A DNA stretch of 64,000 nt from Myxococcota bacterium (GTDB lineage Bacteria; Myxococcota_A; UBA9160; UBA6930), in contig OZ245002.1 in NCBI GenBank assembly GCA_965223415.1, positions 5,440,001 through 5,504,000 on the forward strand, in the 5' to 3' direction. Below the pieces are notes generated by a model. The model did no database searches and had not been told where the DNA came from. It was given only the letters and a program-made list of their open reading frames with translations. This document shows, piece after piece, positions 50,118 to 59,237 of the stretch (the stretch's first letter is position 1; every line of letters begins with the position of its first letter). A program made the position numbers and the translations under genes.

Positions 50118-50755
50118 GTGACTGCTCCCCCGGCAAAGCCGGGGGCATCAGGTGAGCCGCTCAAAGCGGCTGGACGGGGCCGCTTCGCGACCCCTTGCGC
50201 CCCCCTACGGGGGGCAGTGATCCACCGAACTTCAGCTGATCCTGCTGGCGGTCCTCGTTCTCCTGATTCTGGATGTACCGCCGGATCACCTCTTCGTCTC
50301 GCCCCACCGTGGACGCGAAGTAGCCCCGCGCCCAGAAGTGATGCCCCACGAAGTTCCGGCGCCTTTCGCCGAAGTGCCTTGCGATGTGGATCGCGCTCTT
50401 CCCCTTGAGATACCCGATCACCTGCGCCACGGCGTACTTCGGTGGAATCGAGATCAGCATGTGCACGTGATCATCCATCAGATGGCCTTCCTCGATCTCG
50501 CTCTCCTTCTGGCGGGCAAGCCGATGAAAGACCTCCCCCAGGTGCCGCCGGAGCGTCCCGTACAGGACCTTTCGACGGTACTTCGGGATGAAGACGACGT
50601 GGTACTTACACTCCCATTCGCTGTGCTGTAGCTTCCGATGGTTCGACAAGATGCTCCCTCTCGCGATGCTTTGAGCGGCTCACGAGGGGGAGTTTCGCAT
50701 TCCGGAACTGTCAAACTCTGACTGCCTCCCCGGCAAAGCCGGGGGGACTCCCGAC
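50118..50755 (-). mobile_element. IS200-type element (tnpA only); boundaries approximate
   Basis: Subterminal hairpins CCCC(C)GGC-AAA-GCCGGGG(G) at 50127-50145 and 50728-50744 flanking tnpA. Confidence 0.85.
50161..50649 (-). CDS. tnpA: IS200/IS605 HUH (Y1) transposase
   Basis: CKYHVVFIPKYRRK, DHVHM, LKGKS, FWARGYF and YIQNQ motifs. Confidence 0.95.
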   Translation of the reverse strand: MSNHRKLQHSEWECKYHVVFIPKYRRKVLYGTLRRHLGEVFHRLARQKESEIEEGHLMDDHVHMLISIPPKYAVAQVIGYLKGKSAIHIARHFGERRRNFVGHHFWARGYFASTVGRDEEVIRRYIQNQENEDRQQDQLKFGGSLPPVGGRKGSRSGPVQPL

Positions 50756-50787
50756 GGGCTAGGCGTCGTCGTTAGGCCCCTTGTCGT

Positions 50788-50833
50788 CCTTACAAGCAGG
50801 GGGTCCCCCGTTCGAGTCGGGGCGCGCCCACCA
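50788..50833 (+). repeat. attR: displaced 3' end of tRNA-Val including CCA
   Basis: CCTTACAAGCAGGGGGTCCCCCGTTCGAGTCGGGGCGCGCCCA-CCA. Confidence 0.95.
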
Positions 50834-50860
50834 GCGGCCCCTCGACATCGGAGATCTGAC

Positions 50861-52321
50861 ATGACCGGCCAGGCAAGACGCGACCCGCGAGTCGCCATCG
50901 TAGGCGCCGGGCCGGGCGGACTCTGCACGGGCGTCTTGCTGAAGCGGGCCGGCTTCGAGGACTTCGTGATCCTCGAGAAGAACGCCGGGGTCGGCGGCAC
51001 CTGGTACCGCAACCGCTATCCGGGCCTCACCTGCGACATCGCGGCGCCGCTCTACTCCTTCTCCTTCGAGCTGAACCCGGAGTGGTCCGGGCCCTACCCG
51101 CCCCAGCCGGAGCTGCTCGCCTACTTCGAGCACACCGCCCGGAAGTACGACCTGCTTTCCCATTGCCGGTTCGAGGTCGCGGTGGAGAGCGCGGTGTGGA
51201 GCGACGAGGAGGCGCGCTGGACCCTGGGGCTCGATTCCGGCGAGACGCTCGAGGCTGACGCGGTGGTGAGTGCTGTGGGCATGTTCGGGGCCCTCAACCT
51301 CCCGGAGATCGAGGGCCTCGATTCCTTCCGCGGCACCTGCTTCCACTCCGCGGCGTGGGACCACGAGCACGACCTGCGCGGCGAGGCCGTCGGTGTGATC
51401 GGCAGCGCGGCCAGCGCCGTCCAGTTCGTGCCCGAGATCGTGAAGCGGGCGGAGCGGGTCCACCTCTTCCAGCGGAGCGCCAACTGGGTCCTTCCCAAGG
51501 GCGACGAGCCCTACACCGAGGAGCAGCGCGAGCGCTTCCGCAGCGACCCGGCGGCGGTCCAGACGGCCCGGGACGAGGTCTGGAACACCCTCGATCCGGG
51601 GGGAGCCGGCGCGTTCACGTCGATCCACGCCCAGATGGCGGAGGTGTGCCTCGGCCACATGGCCGTGGTCGAGGATCCGGAGATCCGGCGCAAGCTCGTG
51701 CCGGACCATCCGTGGGGCTGCAAGCGGCCCCTGCTCTCGAACCACTACTACCCGGCCTTCAACCGGCCCAACCTGGAGCTGGTGACCGAGGGCATCGAGC
51801 GGATCACACCGACGTCGGTCGTCACCGTGGACGGCAAGGACCGCCCGATCGACACGCTGGTGCTGGCGACCGGCTACGAGACCACGAAGTTCGCCTCGGT
51901 CATCGACTTCGTGGGCCGCGGCGGGCTCCCGCTCTCGGAGGCCTGGAACGACGGCGCCCAGGCCTACAAGGGCGTCATGACCTCGGGCTTTCCCAACCTC
52001 TTCATGCTCTACGGCCCCAACACCAACGGCGACTCGCTCATCACCACCATCGAGTTCGAGGCCGAGTACGCGGTGCGCCAGATCCGTCGCCTGGTGGAAG
52101 AGGACCTGGCCTGGGTCGACGTGCGGCCGGAGGCCATGGCCATCTACAACGAGAAGCTCCAGAAGGACATCGCCGCGGTCGAGCCCTGGCAGGCGGGCTG
52201 CACCGACTACTACCGCTCCCCGAGCGGCCGCATCGTGACCCAGTGGCCGGGCCGCATGAGCGAGCTGCGGGGGCTGCTGGAGACCCCGGACCCGGGCGAC
52301 TACGAGACCGCCCCGCGCTGA
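50861..52321 (+). CDS. Flavin-containing monooxygenase (Baeyer-Villiger type)
   Basis: GAGPGG, GGTWYRNRYPG, FRGTCFHSAAW and ATGY motifs. Confidence 0.92.
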   Translation: MTGQARRDPRVAIVGAGPGGLCTGVLLKRAGFEDFVILEKNAGVGGTWYRNRYPGLTCDIAAPLYSFSFELNPEWSGPYPPQPELLAYFEHTARKYDLLSHCRFEVAVESAVWSDEEARWTLGLDSGETLEADAVVSAVGMFGALNLPEIEGLDSFRGTCFHSAAWDHEHDLRGEAVGVIGSAASAVQFVPEIVKRAERVHLFQRSANWVLPKGDEPYTEEQRERFRSDPAAVQTARDEVWNTLDPGGAGAFTSIHAQMAEVCLGHMAVVEDPEIRRKLVPDHPWGCKRPLLSNHYYPAFNRPNLELVTEGIERITPTSVVTVDGKDRPIDTLVLATGYETTKFASVIDFVGRGGLPLSEAWNDGAQAYKGVMTSGFPNLFMLYGPNTNGDSLITTIEFEAEYAVRQIRRLVEEDLAWVDVRPEAMAIYNEKLQKDIAAVEPWQAGCTDYYRSPSGRIVTQWPGRMSELRGLLETPDPGDYETAPR

Positions 52322-52950
52322 GGGGCGCCCTCTCCCTTCCGGGCCACGAGGAAGACGGCCTTGCTCCTGCCCGGCTGCCAGCGGTAGGCGATCTCGAAGC
52401 CGGTGTCCGTCAGGCTCGCCTCGAGCTCGTCCGCGCTGAACACCTTCACCAGCGGCATCCTCCCGAGCAGCCGCCCGATCGGCAGGACGAGCTTCATGAA
52501 CTTCATCGAGGCGCCGAGGCAAACGGTGCTGGTCACGAACACGCCGCCGGGCGCGAGCCAGCGGTGGACGCGGGCGATAGCGGCGTCCCGGTCCTCGAGA
52601 AGGTGCAGGATGCTGAGGCCCAGCACGGCGCCGAGCGACCCGTCGGCCACTTCCAGCTCGTCGACGGAGGACACCTCGAAGGTGACGTTCGTGACGCTCT
52701 CCGACTCGGCCTTTCGCCGAGCGATCTCGATCATCTTCGGCGACAGGTCGATCGCCCGGATGTGCGCGACATGGGGGGCGTGCAGGAGGGCGGTCGACCC
52801 GGTGCCACAGCCCAGCTCCAGCACCTCCATGTCCGGCCGGAGGTACTCGCGGGTCTTGGCGAGCTTCTTCTGGTAGGCCGCCTCGTCGGCGATGGGCTGC
52901 TTCGAATAGCGTTCTGCGATCCGGTCCCAGAACGCCCGATCGCTGGGCAT
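52300..52950 (-). CDS. Class I SAM-dependent methyltransferase
   Basis: VLELGCGTG and LAPGGVFV motifs. Confidence 0.9.
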   Translation of the reverse strand: MPSDRAFWDRIAERYSKQPIADEAAYQKKLAKTREYLRPDMEVLELGCGTGSTALLHAPHVAHIRAIDLSPKMIEIARRKAESESVTNVTFEVSSVDELEVADGSLGAVLGLSILHLLEDRDAAIARVHRWLAPGGVFVTSTVCLGASMKFMKLVLPIGRLLGRMPLVKVFSADELEASLTDTGFEIAYRWQPGRSKAVFLVARKGEGAPQRGAVS

Positions 52951-53026
52951 CGGGAGAGCCTAGGAGATCCGGGTGCGACGCGACGCGGAGCCGCGTACCC
53001 TCCGCCCCCCGACGAGGAGAACGCTC

Positions 53027-53896
53027 ATGAGATTCGGCCTCGCCTTCGCGAGCAGTGTGGGAACCGATCCGGACTCGGCGCTCGAGGTGTGCCGGCGCGC
53101 CGAAGCGCTGGGCTTCGACTCGGTGTGGGGCGGAGAGCACGTGATCCGGCCGGACGCGATCGCCTCGTCCTATCCCTACACCGAGGACGGCGAGATGCCG
53201 GGCGACGCGGAGACGCCGATCCCGGACCCGCTGATCTGGCTCGCCTACGTGGCCGCGGCCGCGCCCACGGTCAAGCTCGGGACGTGCATCCTGATCGTCC
53301 CCCAGCGCAACCCGGTGGTGCTCGCGAAGGAGCTGGCGACCCTCGACCACCTCTCCGGCGGCCGGGTCCAGCTGGGCATCGGCGTCGGCTGGCTCGAGGA
53401 GGAGTTCCAGGCCCTCGGCGTGCCGTGGGAGCGGCGGGGCGCGCGGAACGACGAGTACGTCGCGGCCATGCGCGCGCTCTGGGCCGGCCCCCACGCGGAG
53501 TTCCACGGCGAGTTCGTCGACTTCCCGAGGGTCACCTGCAGCCCGCGGCCGGTGAACGGCTCGATCCCGATCCTGGTCGGCGGCGATTCGGCCGCGGCGA
53601 TCCGACGCGCCGCCCGCCTCGCGGACGGCTACTTCCCGGGCACCGGCGATCCCCAGGTGCTCGCCGGCCTGATCGAGCGGCTCGGCGAGGCGGCTGAGGC
53701 CGAGGGACGGAGCCGTGACGAGATCGCCGTCAACGCGATCTTCGGCGCCCAGATGGCCGATCCGCGGCCCGGGGCGGAGCAGATGGCGGAGCTCGGCATC
53801 TCGCGGGCGATGGTGCCGGCCTTCTTCTTTGCGGGTCCTGGCGGCCTGGATCGCCTGCAGGAGTTCGGCGAGGACGTGGTGAAGCCCCTCGCCTAG
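53027..53896 (+). CDS. LLM-class (probable F420-dependent) oxidoreductase
   Basis: GFDSVWGGEHV and AKELATLDHLSGGRVQLGIGVGW motifs. Confidence 0.9.
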   Translation: MRFGLAFASSVGTDPDSALEVCRRAEALGFDSVWGGEHVIRPDAIASSYPYTEDGEMPGDAETPIPDPLIWLAYVAAAAPTVKLGTCILIVPQRNPVVLAKELATLDHLSGGRVQLGIGVGWLEEEFQALGVPWERRGARNDEYVAAMRALWAGPHAEFHGEFVDFPRVTCSPRPVNGSIPILVGGDSAAAIRRAARLADGYFPGTGDPQVLAGLIERLGEAAEAEGRSRDEIAVNAIFGAQMADPRPGAEQMAELGISRAMVPAFFFAGPGGLDRLQEFGEDVVKPLA

Positions 53897-54017
53897 CTCG
53901 GCCCGCCGCTCGCCGGCTCCACGACTTCCACAGCCTTCGTTCACCGCTCTCCGCGGCGCCCGACCGAACATCTGGGCCTTCGCCCGCACCGGGCCCGGCG
54001 GGCACCCAGGCGTCCGG

Positions 54018-54605
54018 CTACGAAGCGCTGTCGTCCCCCGCGTAGGCCGGCCGCGCTTCGATGCGCTTCACGTAGGCCGCCACCTTCGGCGAAGCCTGGA
54101 GCATCCCGAAGCCGGTGAAGAAGGCGAGCGCCCCGCCGAACACCACGTCGGCGGCGGTGAAGTCGCCGAGGGCCCAGCCGCTCTCGGGGGTCATCGCCTC
54201 GATGGTGTCGCTCACCCGGGGCAGATCGCCGAAGCCCATGCTGAAGGCGTTGACATCCTCGATGCCGAGGCTGCGCACCGAGAGCAGCGGTTCCACGGTG
54301 ACGTGGGGAAAGAACAGGTACCGGTAGTAGGGGCCCCGCAGCGGCGAATCGAACGGCGGCGCGAGCCCCTTCTCGGGGAAGCGGTCGGCCAGGTAGGCGC
54401 AGATCGCCGGCGTCTCGGTGACCACCGCGTCTCCGTCGACGAGCACCGGCAGCTTGCCCATCGGGTTGAGGGCGCGGAAGGCCGGCTCGTTCTGGGCGCC
54501 GGCGTGGATGTCGACGTCGACCACCTCGTGGGGAACGTCGAGCTCCCGGAGCATCCACGCAGTCGTCTCCGCGCGGGTCCGCGGGTGGAAGTAGTGCTTC
54601 AGCAT
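54018..54605 (-). CDS. Glutathione S-transferase
   Basis: NPMGKLPVL, TETPAICAYL and FTAADV motifs. Confidence 0.92.
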   Translation of the reverse strand: MLKHYFHPRTRAETTAWMLRELDVPHEVVDVDIHAGAQNEPAFRALNPMGKLPVLVDGDAVVTETPAICAYLADRFPEKGLAPPFDSPLRGPYYRYLFFPHVTVEPLLSVRSLGIEDVNAFSMGFGDLPRVSDTIEAMTPESGWALGDFTAADVVFGGALAFFTGFGMLQASPKVAAYVKRIEARPAYAGDDSAS

Positions 54606-54697
54606 GGCCGAGCCCTCCTCGCTCCCCCGGCGCCCAAGCCTAGCGGGCAGGGCCGAGGCGATTCGAGGTAGCCTGGAGCCTGCTGACAGGAGATGCC

Positions 54698-55972
54698 ATG
54701 AGCGCGAACGCCACGAGCCCGCCGCCCTCCAAGGGCCAGGCCGGCGCGGACCCCTACGCGATCCCCCTCGAGCGCATCGACGTCTCCGACGCCGAGCTCT
54801 TCGAGACCGATACCCACTGGGGCTACTTCGAGCGCCTGAGGAAGGAAGACCCGGTCCACTTCTGCGCCGAGAGCGAGTCCGGCCCCTACTGGTCGGTGAC
54901 GCGCTTCGCCGACATCGTGGCGGTGGAGAAGGATCCGAAGACCTTCTCGTCCGAGCCCACGATCGTGATCGACGACCCGGAGCCGGACTTCCCCCTCGAG
55001 CCGGGCTTCATTTCCATGGACGGGGCGAAGCACGTCGCCCACCGCAAGACGGTCCAGCCGGTGGCGGCGCCGCGCAACCTGGCGACCCTGGAGCCCCTGA
55101 TCCGGGAGCGGGCGGTCGACATCCTCGAGAGCCTGCCGGTCGGCGAGACCTTCGACTGGGTCGACCGGGTCTCGATCGAGCTCACGACGGGCATGCTCGC
55201 CACCCTCTTCGACTTTCCCTGGGAGGAGCGTCGCAAGCTCACCTTCTGGTCGGACATGGCCACGGCCAGCGAGGAGCAGATCGCCGCCCAGGGCTACACC
55301 GAGGACGAGCGCCGGGGCGCCATGCTGGAGTGCCTCGACTACTTCACCCGGCTCTGGAAGGAGCGGGAGGTTCGCCCCGAGGGCGACCGCCTGGACTTCG
55401 TGACCGCCCTGGCCCAGGGCGCCGCCACCCGGAACATGGAGCCGATGGAGTACCTGGGGACGCTGGTGCTGCTCATCGTCGGCGGCAACGATACGACGAG
55501 GAACTCGATCTCCGGCGGCGTCGTGGCCCTGAACGAGAACCCGGCGGAGTACGAGAAGCTTCGCGCCGATCCGGGCCTCATCCCCAACATGGTGAACGAG
55601 ATCATCCGCTGGCAGACGCCCCTCGCCCACATGCGTCGCACGGCCACCCGAGACACCGAGCTGGCCGGCAAACGCATCCGCAAGGGCGACAAGCTGGTCC
55701 TCTGGTACGTCTCGGCGAACCGCGACAGCTCGGTGATCGAGCGGGCCGACGAGTTCCTGATCGATCGCCCGGACTCGAAGCAGCACCTCTCCTTCGGCTG
55801 GGGCGTGCACTTCTGCATGGGAAGCCGCCTGGCGGAGATGCAGCTGCGCGTGCTCTGGGAGGAGACCCTCGAGCGCTTCCGCTTCGTCGAGGTGGTAGGC
55901 GAGCCGATCCGCGTGCCGTCGAACTTCGTCAAGGGCTATTCGGAGCTCCCGGTCCGCGTCCATCCCTGGTAG
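54698..55972 (+). CDS. Cytochrome P450 (CYP153-like)
   Basis: LLIVGGNDTTRNS, EIIRWQTP and HLSFGWGVHFCMG motifs. Confidence 0.93.
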   Translation: MSANATSPPPSKGQAGADPYAIPLERIDVSDAELFETDTHWGYFERLRKEDPVHFCAESESGPYWSVTRFADIVAVEKDPKTFSSEPTIVIDDPEPDFPLEPGFISMDGAKHVAHRKTVQPVAAPRNLATLEPLIRERAVDILESLPVGETFDWVDRVSIELTTGMLATLFDFPWEERRKLTFWSDMATASEEQIAAQGYTEDERRGAMLECLDYFTRLWKEREVRPEGDRLDFVTALAQGAATRNMEPMEYLGTLVLLIVGGNDTTRNSISGGVVALNENPAEYEKLRADPGLIPNMVNEIIRWQTPLAHMRRTATRDTELAGKRIRKGDKLVLWYVSANRDSSVIERADEFLIDRPDSKQHLSFGWGVHFCMGSRLAEMQLRVLWEETLERFRFVEVVGEPIRVPSNFVKGYSELPVRVHPW

Positions 55973-56030
55973 GGCGCCCTCGGCGCCCCGGCGAAAGCGC
56001 TACCGTGCGGCACCCCGATCGAGGAGAACG

Positions 56031-56831
56031 ATGACCGACGAGCCCCGCGTGGTGCAGGCGCTGGACGAGGAGGGCGTGCTGGCGCTCACCCTCAACCGGC
56101 CGCGCCGCAAGAACGCCTTCGACGAGCCCCAGTGGGACGCGCTGGCGGATGCCCTCGACCAGGCCCGGCAGGATCCGCAGGTGGCCGTCGCCGTGCTCAC
56201 CGGGGCCGGCGGGAACTTCTCCTCCGGGGTCGACCTGAACTCCTTCGCCGGCGAGCGCCCGCCGCCGCGGGCCGACGGCAAGCCAAGCGCGTTCTTCGCC
56301 TGCGTCGATGCGGTCTTCGCCTTCGACAAGCCGCTCCTGGCGGCGGTGCAAGGCGTGGCGGTCGGGGGCGGCTGCACCCTGGCCATCGCGGCGGACATCA
56401 CCTACGTGGGCGAGAGCGTTCGCATGCGGCTGCCCTTCGCGAACCTGGGGCTCGTGCCCGAGATCGCCAGCAGCTACACGCTCCAGTCGACCATCGGGCG
56501 CCAGCGGGCCAACGAGCTGATGTTCACGACCGAGTGGATCGACGCCCCCCGCGCCCTGGAGATGGGAATGGCCGCCCGCTGCCTGCCGGACGAGGAGCTG
56601 CTCCCGGCGACCCTGGCCAAGGCCCGGGAGATCGCCCAGTGGCCGGTCTCGGCCCTGGTCGGCATCAAGCGGACGCTCCAGGTGGCCCACCGCGCGGGCA
56701 TCGCAGCGGCCCGCGAGATCGAGGACGCGGAGATGATGCGACTGGCAGGCTCGCCGGAAAACGTCGAAGCGGTGACCGCCTTCCTCCAGAAACGCGCGCC
56801 GGACTTCAAGCAGTTCCGCAGGAAGCCATGA
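56031..56831 (+). CDS. Enoyl-CoA hydratase/isomerase family
   Basis: LNRPRRKNA, FSSGVDL and PFANLGLVPE motifs. Confidence 0.9.
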   Translation: MTDEPRVVQALDEEGVLALTLNRPRRKNAFDEPQWDALADALDQARQDPQVAVAVLTGAGGNFSSGVDLNSFAGERPPPRADGKPSAFFACVDAVFAFDKPLLAAVQGVAVGGGCTLAIAADITYVGESVRMRLPFANLGLVPEIASSYTLQSTIGRQRANELMFTTEWIDAPRALEMGMAARCLPDEELLPATLAKAREIAQWPVSALVGIKRTLQVAHRAGIAAAREIEDAEMMRLAGSPENVEAVTAFLQKRAPDFKQFRRKP

Positions 56832-58255
56832 CCGCGCCCCCGCTCCGCAAGGCGAAGATCGTGGCGACGATCGGGCCCGCGTGCGACGACGTGGACGTCC
56901 TGGTGCAGATGATCGAGGCGGGCATGAACGTGGCCCGGCTCAACATGTCCCACGAGGACCACGAGAGCCATCTGCGCCGGCTGGAGCGCGTCCGCGACGC
57001 CAGCGCGCGGGTGGGCGTGATGGTCGCCAGTATGATGGACACGAAGGGCGCGGAGATCCGCACCGGAACCGCCATCGAAGGCACCCGGCTCGAGACCGGC
57101 TCCGCGTTCCGTCTCTTCGCCGCCGACACGCTGGGCGACGCCTCGGGCGTCTCCGTGTCCTACCCGGCCCTGGTCACGCGGCTCGAGCCCGGCACCCGGG
57201 TGCTGATCGACGACGGCCATCTGGAGCTGGAGGTCGAGGAGGTCGGACCCGGGGAGCTCGTGTGCCGGGTGGTCCGGGGCGGCCCCCTCGACAGCCACAA
57301 GGGCGTGAACGTGCCCTCGGTCTCCCTGCTGCTCGACGGACTGAACGACGCGAACCGCGCCGACCTGCGCTTCGCCGTGTCGGCCGGCATCGACTACGTC
57401 GCCGCGTCGTTCATGCAGAGCCCGGCCGACGTCATGGCCATCCGCGGTTTCCTCGAGCTCCACGGCGGTGCCCACATCCCGATCATCGCGAAGATCGAGA
57501 GCACCCACGGGCTCGAGAACCTGGACGCGATCATCGAGGTGGCCGACGGCACGATGGTGGCCCGCGGCGATCTCGGCGTGGAGATCAGCGCCGCCCACGT
57601 GCCGGCGGCCCAGAAGCGCATCATCCGCCGCACGGTCTTCGCCGGAAAGCCGGTGATCACGGCGACCCAGATGCTCGATTCGATGGAGCGGAACCCGGAG
57701 CCCACCCGGGCCGAGGCCAGCGACGTGGTGAACGCGGTGCTCGACGGCACCTCGGCGGTGATGCTCTCCGGCGAGACGGCCCGCGGCGGCTACCCGGTGG
57801 AGGCCGTGCGCACGATGGCGGAGCTCGCCTCGGTCGCCGAGGCCTCCCTGCGCGAGTACGGCTTCCTCCAGCAGATCGCGGCCCATCCCACCGCGCGAGT
57901 CACCGACGCGGTGAGCCGTGCGGCCAGCGAGATGGCCAACCACCTGAACGCCCGCGCGATCCTGACGCTCACCGAGAGCGGCTTCACCTCCCGCCAGATC
58001 TCCAAGTACCGACCGCGCTGCCCGATCCTGGCGGCGACGCGTTCGCCGGAGGTGGCGCGACGGCTGGCCCTCAACTGGGGCGTCACCGCCTGGCTCGCCG
58101 AGGGCGCGGTCTCGGACGAGGACAAGCTCGACGCCGCCCTGCGCTGGGCCCGTGGCCGCGGCTACGTGGAGGCGGGCGACACCGTGGTCGTGACGGCCGG
58201 CATCTCGAGCGAGGCTGGCAGCACGAGCATGATCCGGGTCGTCACGGCCCCCTGA
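56828..58255 (+). CDS. pyk: Pyruvate kinase
   Basis: KIVATIGP, RLNMSH, AKIES, VARGDLGVE, ATQMLDSM and MLSGET motifs. Confidence 0.96.
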   Translation: MTAPPLRKAKIVATIGPACDDVDVLVQMIEAGMNVARLNMSHEDHESHLRRLERVRDASARVGVMVASMMDTKGAEIRTGTAIEGTRLETGSAFRLFAADTLGDASGVSVSYPALVTRLEPGTRVLIDDGHLELEVEEVGPGELVCRVVRGGPLDSHKGVNVPSVSLLLDGLNDANRADLRFAVSAGIDYVAASFMQSPADVMAIRGFLELHGGAHIPIIAKIESTHGLENLDAIIEVADGTMVARGDLGVEISAAHVPAAQKRIIRRTVFAGKPVITATQMLDSMERNPEPTRAEASDVVNAVLDGTSAVMLSGETARGGYPVEAVRTMAELASVAEASLREYGFLQQIAAHPTARVTDAVSRAASEMANHLNARAILTLTESGFTSRQISKYRPRCPILAATRSPEVARRLALNWGVTAWLAEGAVSDEDKLDAALRWARGRGYVEAGDTVVVTAGISSEAGSTSMIRVVTAP

Positions 58256-58264
58256 CGCGCGGCC

Positions 58265-59056
58265 CTACTCGGCCTCGTCGCCGCCGTCGCCGAGGAGCCC
58301 CTCGAGCACCTTCTTCGCCGCGTCCGCGGCGGCGGGGCGATCCTCGAGCTTCTCGTCGATCCAGGCGTCCGCGGCACCGCGGGCACGGGCTCGGGCCACG
58401 GCCCCGGCGGCCCGGCCGAGGAGCTCTTCCAGCACGGCCTTGCCCAGCTCGGCGGGCGTGGCACCGCCCGGCCCGCCGACCCCCGTCATCGTGAAGCTCG
58501 GCAGGACGAACTCGCGGGCCGGCGCGTCCTCGTCGTGGGCCTCGAGGCGGATCGCGCCTTCGGCGAGCTCGAAGCGCTCCAGGCGCAGACGCAGGGGCTC
58601 GCCATCCGGCGTCGCGGCGCCCCCGGGCTGGGCGACCTCGGCGGCGGAGCGCGCGGCGACGCGCCGGCGCAGCACGTCGAGGTTGAGCTTCCCGTCGGCC
58701 ACCTCGGCGTTGATCTCCGGCCGGGCGGCGCGCAGGTGCTCGAGCACGATCGGCGAGCCGGTGAGCGAGCCGAGCCGCAGCTGCAGCGTCAGCTCCTGGA
58801 GCGCGAGGGCCGGTGCGCTCCCGAAGGCCAGCCCTTCCCCGGACGGGTTCGCGACGCGCAGCCCCCGGACCGTGCCAGCGCCCTCGGCCAGGTCGATCGA
58901 GACGCCGCCCACCATGACCGGGGCCCCGAGCAGATCGCTCCCGACTTGCTCGATGGCGGTCTCGACGAGCCCGTCGAGGGAGGACCGCAGCCACAAGAGG
59001 GCGGCCAGGACCAGCACGAGGACGGCGACCAGGGCCACCCCGAAAGCGCGTTGCAT
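58265..59056 (-). CDS. Membrane-anchored hypothetical protein (AsmA-like N-terminus)
   Basis: N-terminal TM helix; GLRVANP; beta-rich pattern. Confidence 0.6.
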   Translation of the reverse strand: MQRAFGVALVAVLVLVLAALLWLRSSLDGLVETAIEQVGSDLLGAPVMVGGVSIDLAEGAGTVRGLRVANPSGEGLAFGSAPALALQELTLQLRLGSLTGSPIVLEHLRAARPEINAEVADGKLNLDVLRRRVAARSAAEVAQPGGAATPDGEPLRLRLERFELAEGAIRLEAHDEDAPAREFVLPSFTMTGVGGPGGATPAELGKAVLEELLGRAAGAVARARARGAADAWIDEKLEDRPAAADAAKKVLEGLLGDGGDEAE

Positions 59057-59237
59057 TCCCCGAGGCTAGGTCACTGGGGGAAGTTTCCCACCCGGGGTCG
59101 CGCTGGGCACGAATCCTGCGAACATGGACGATTGGATCGAGGAGGGACCCAGGAGGACGCCGATTGGCGCACTCCGCCCCGGCGCGCTGGGGCGACATGG
59201 TTCACGGGTTCCCTTCCCGACCCGAGGAGGGGTCGAG

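Larger units (their letters stand above)
45733..50830. mobile_element. Decayed integrative element at tRNA-Val
   Basis: Exact 43-bp direct repeat at 45733-45775 and 50788-50830; integrase next to attL; visibly lower GC. Confidence 0.92.

Noticed and set aside
49853..50155. Poly-Pro/poly-Gly ORFs
   Set aside because: Products of the poly-C tract; no recognisable protein features.
50118..50755. TnpB/omega-RNA system or REP-RAYT locus
   Set aside because: No tnpB; only one hairpin per side; the protein is a typical IS200 TnpA.
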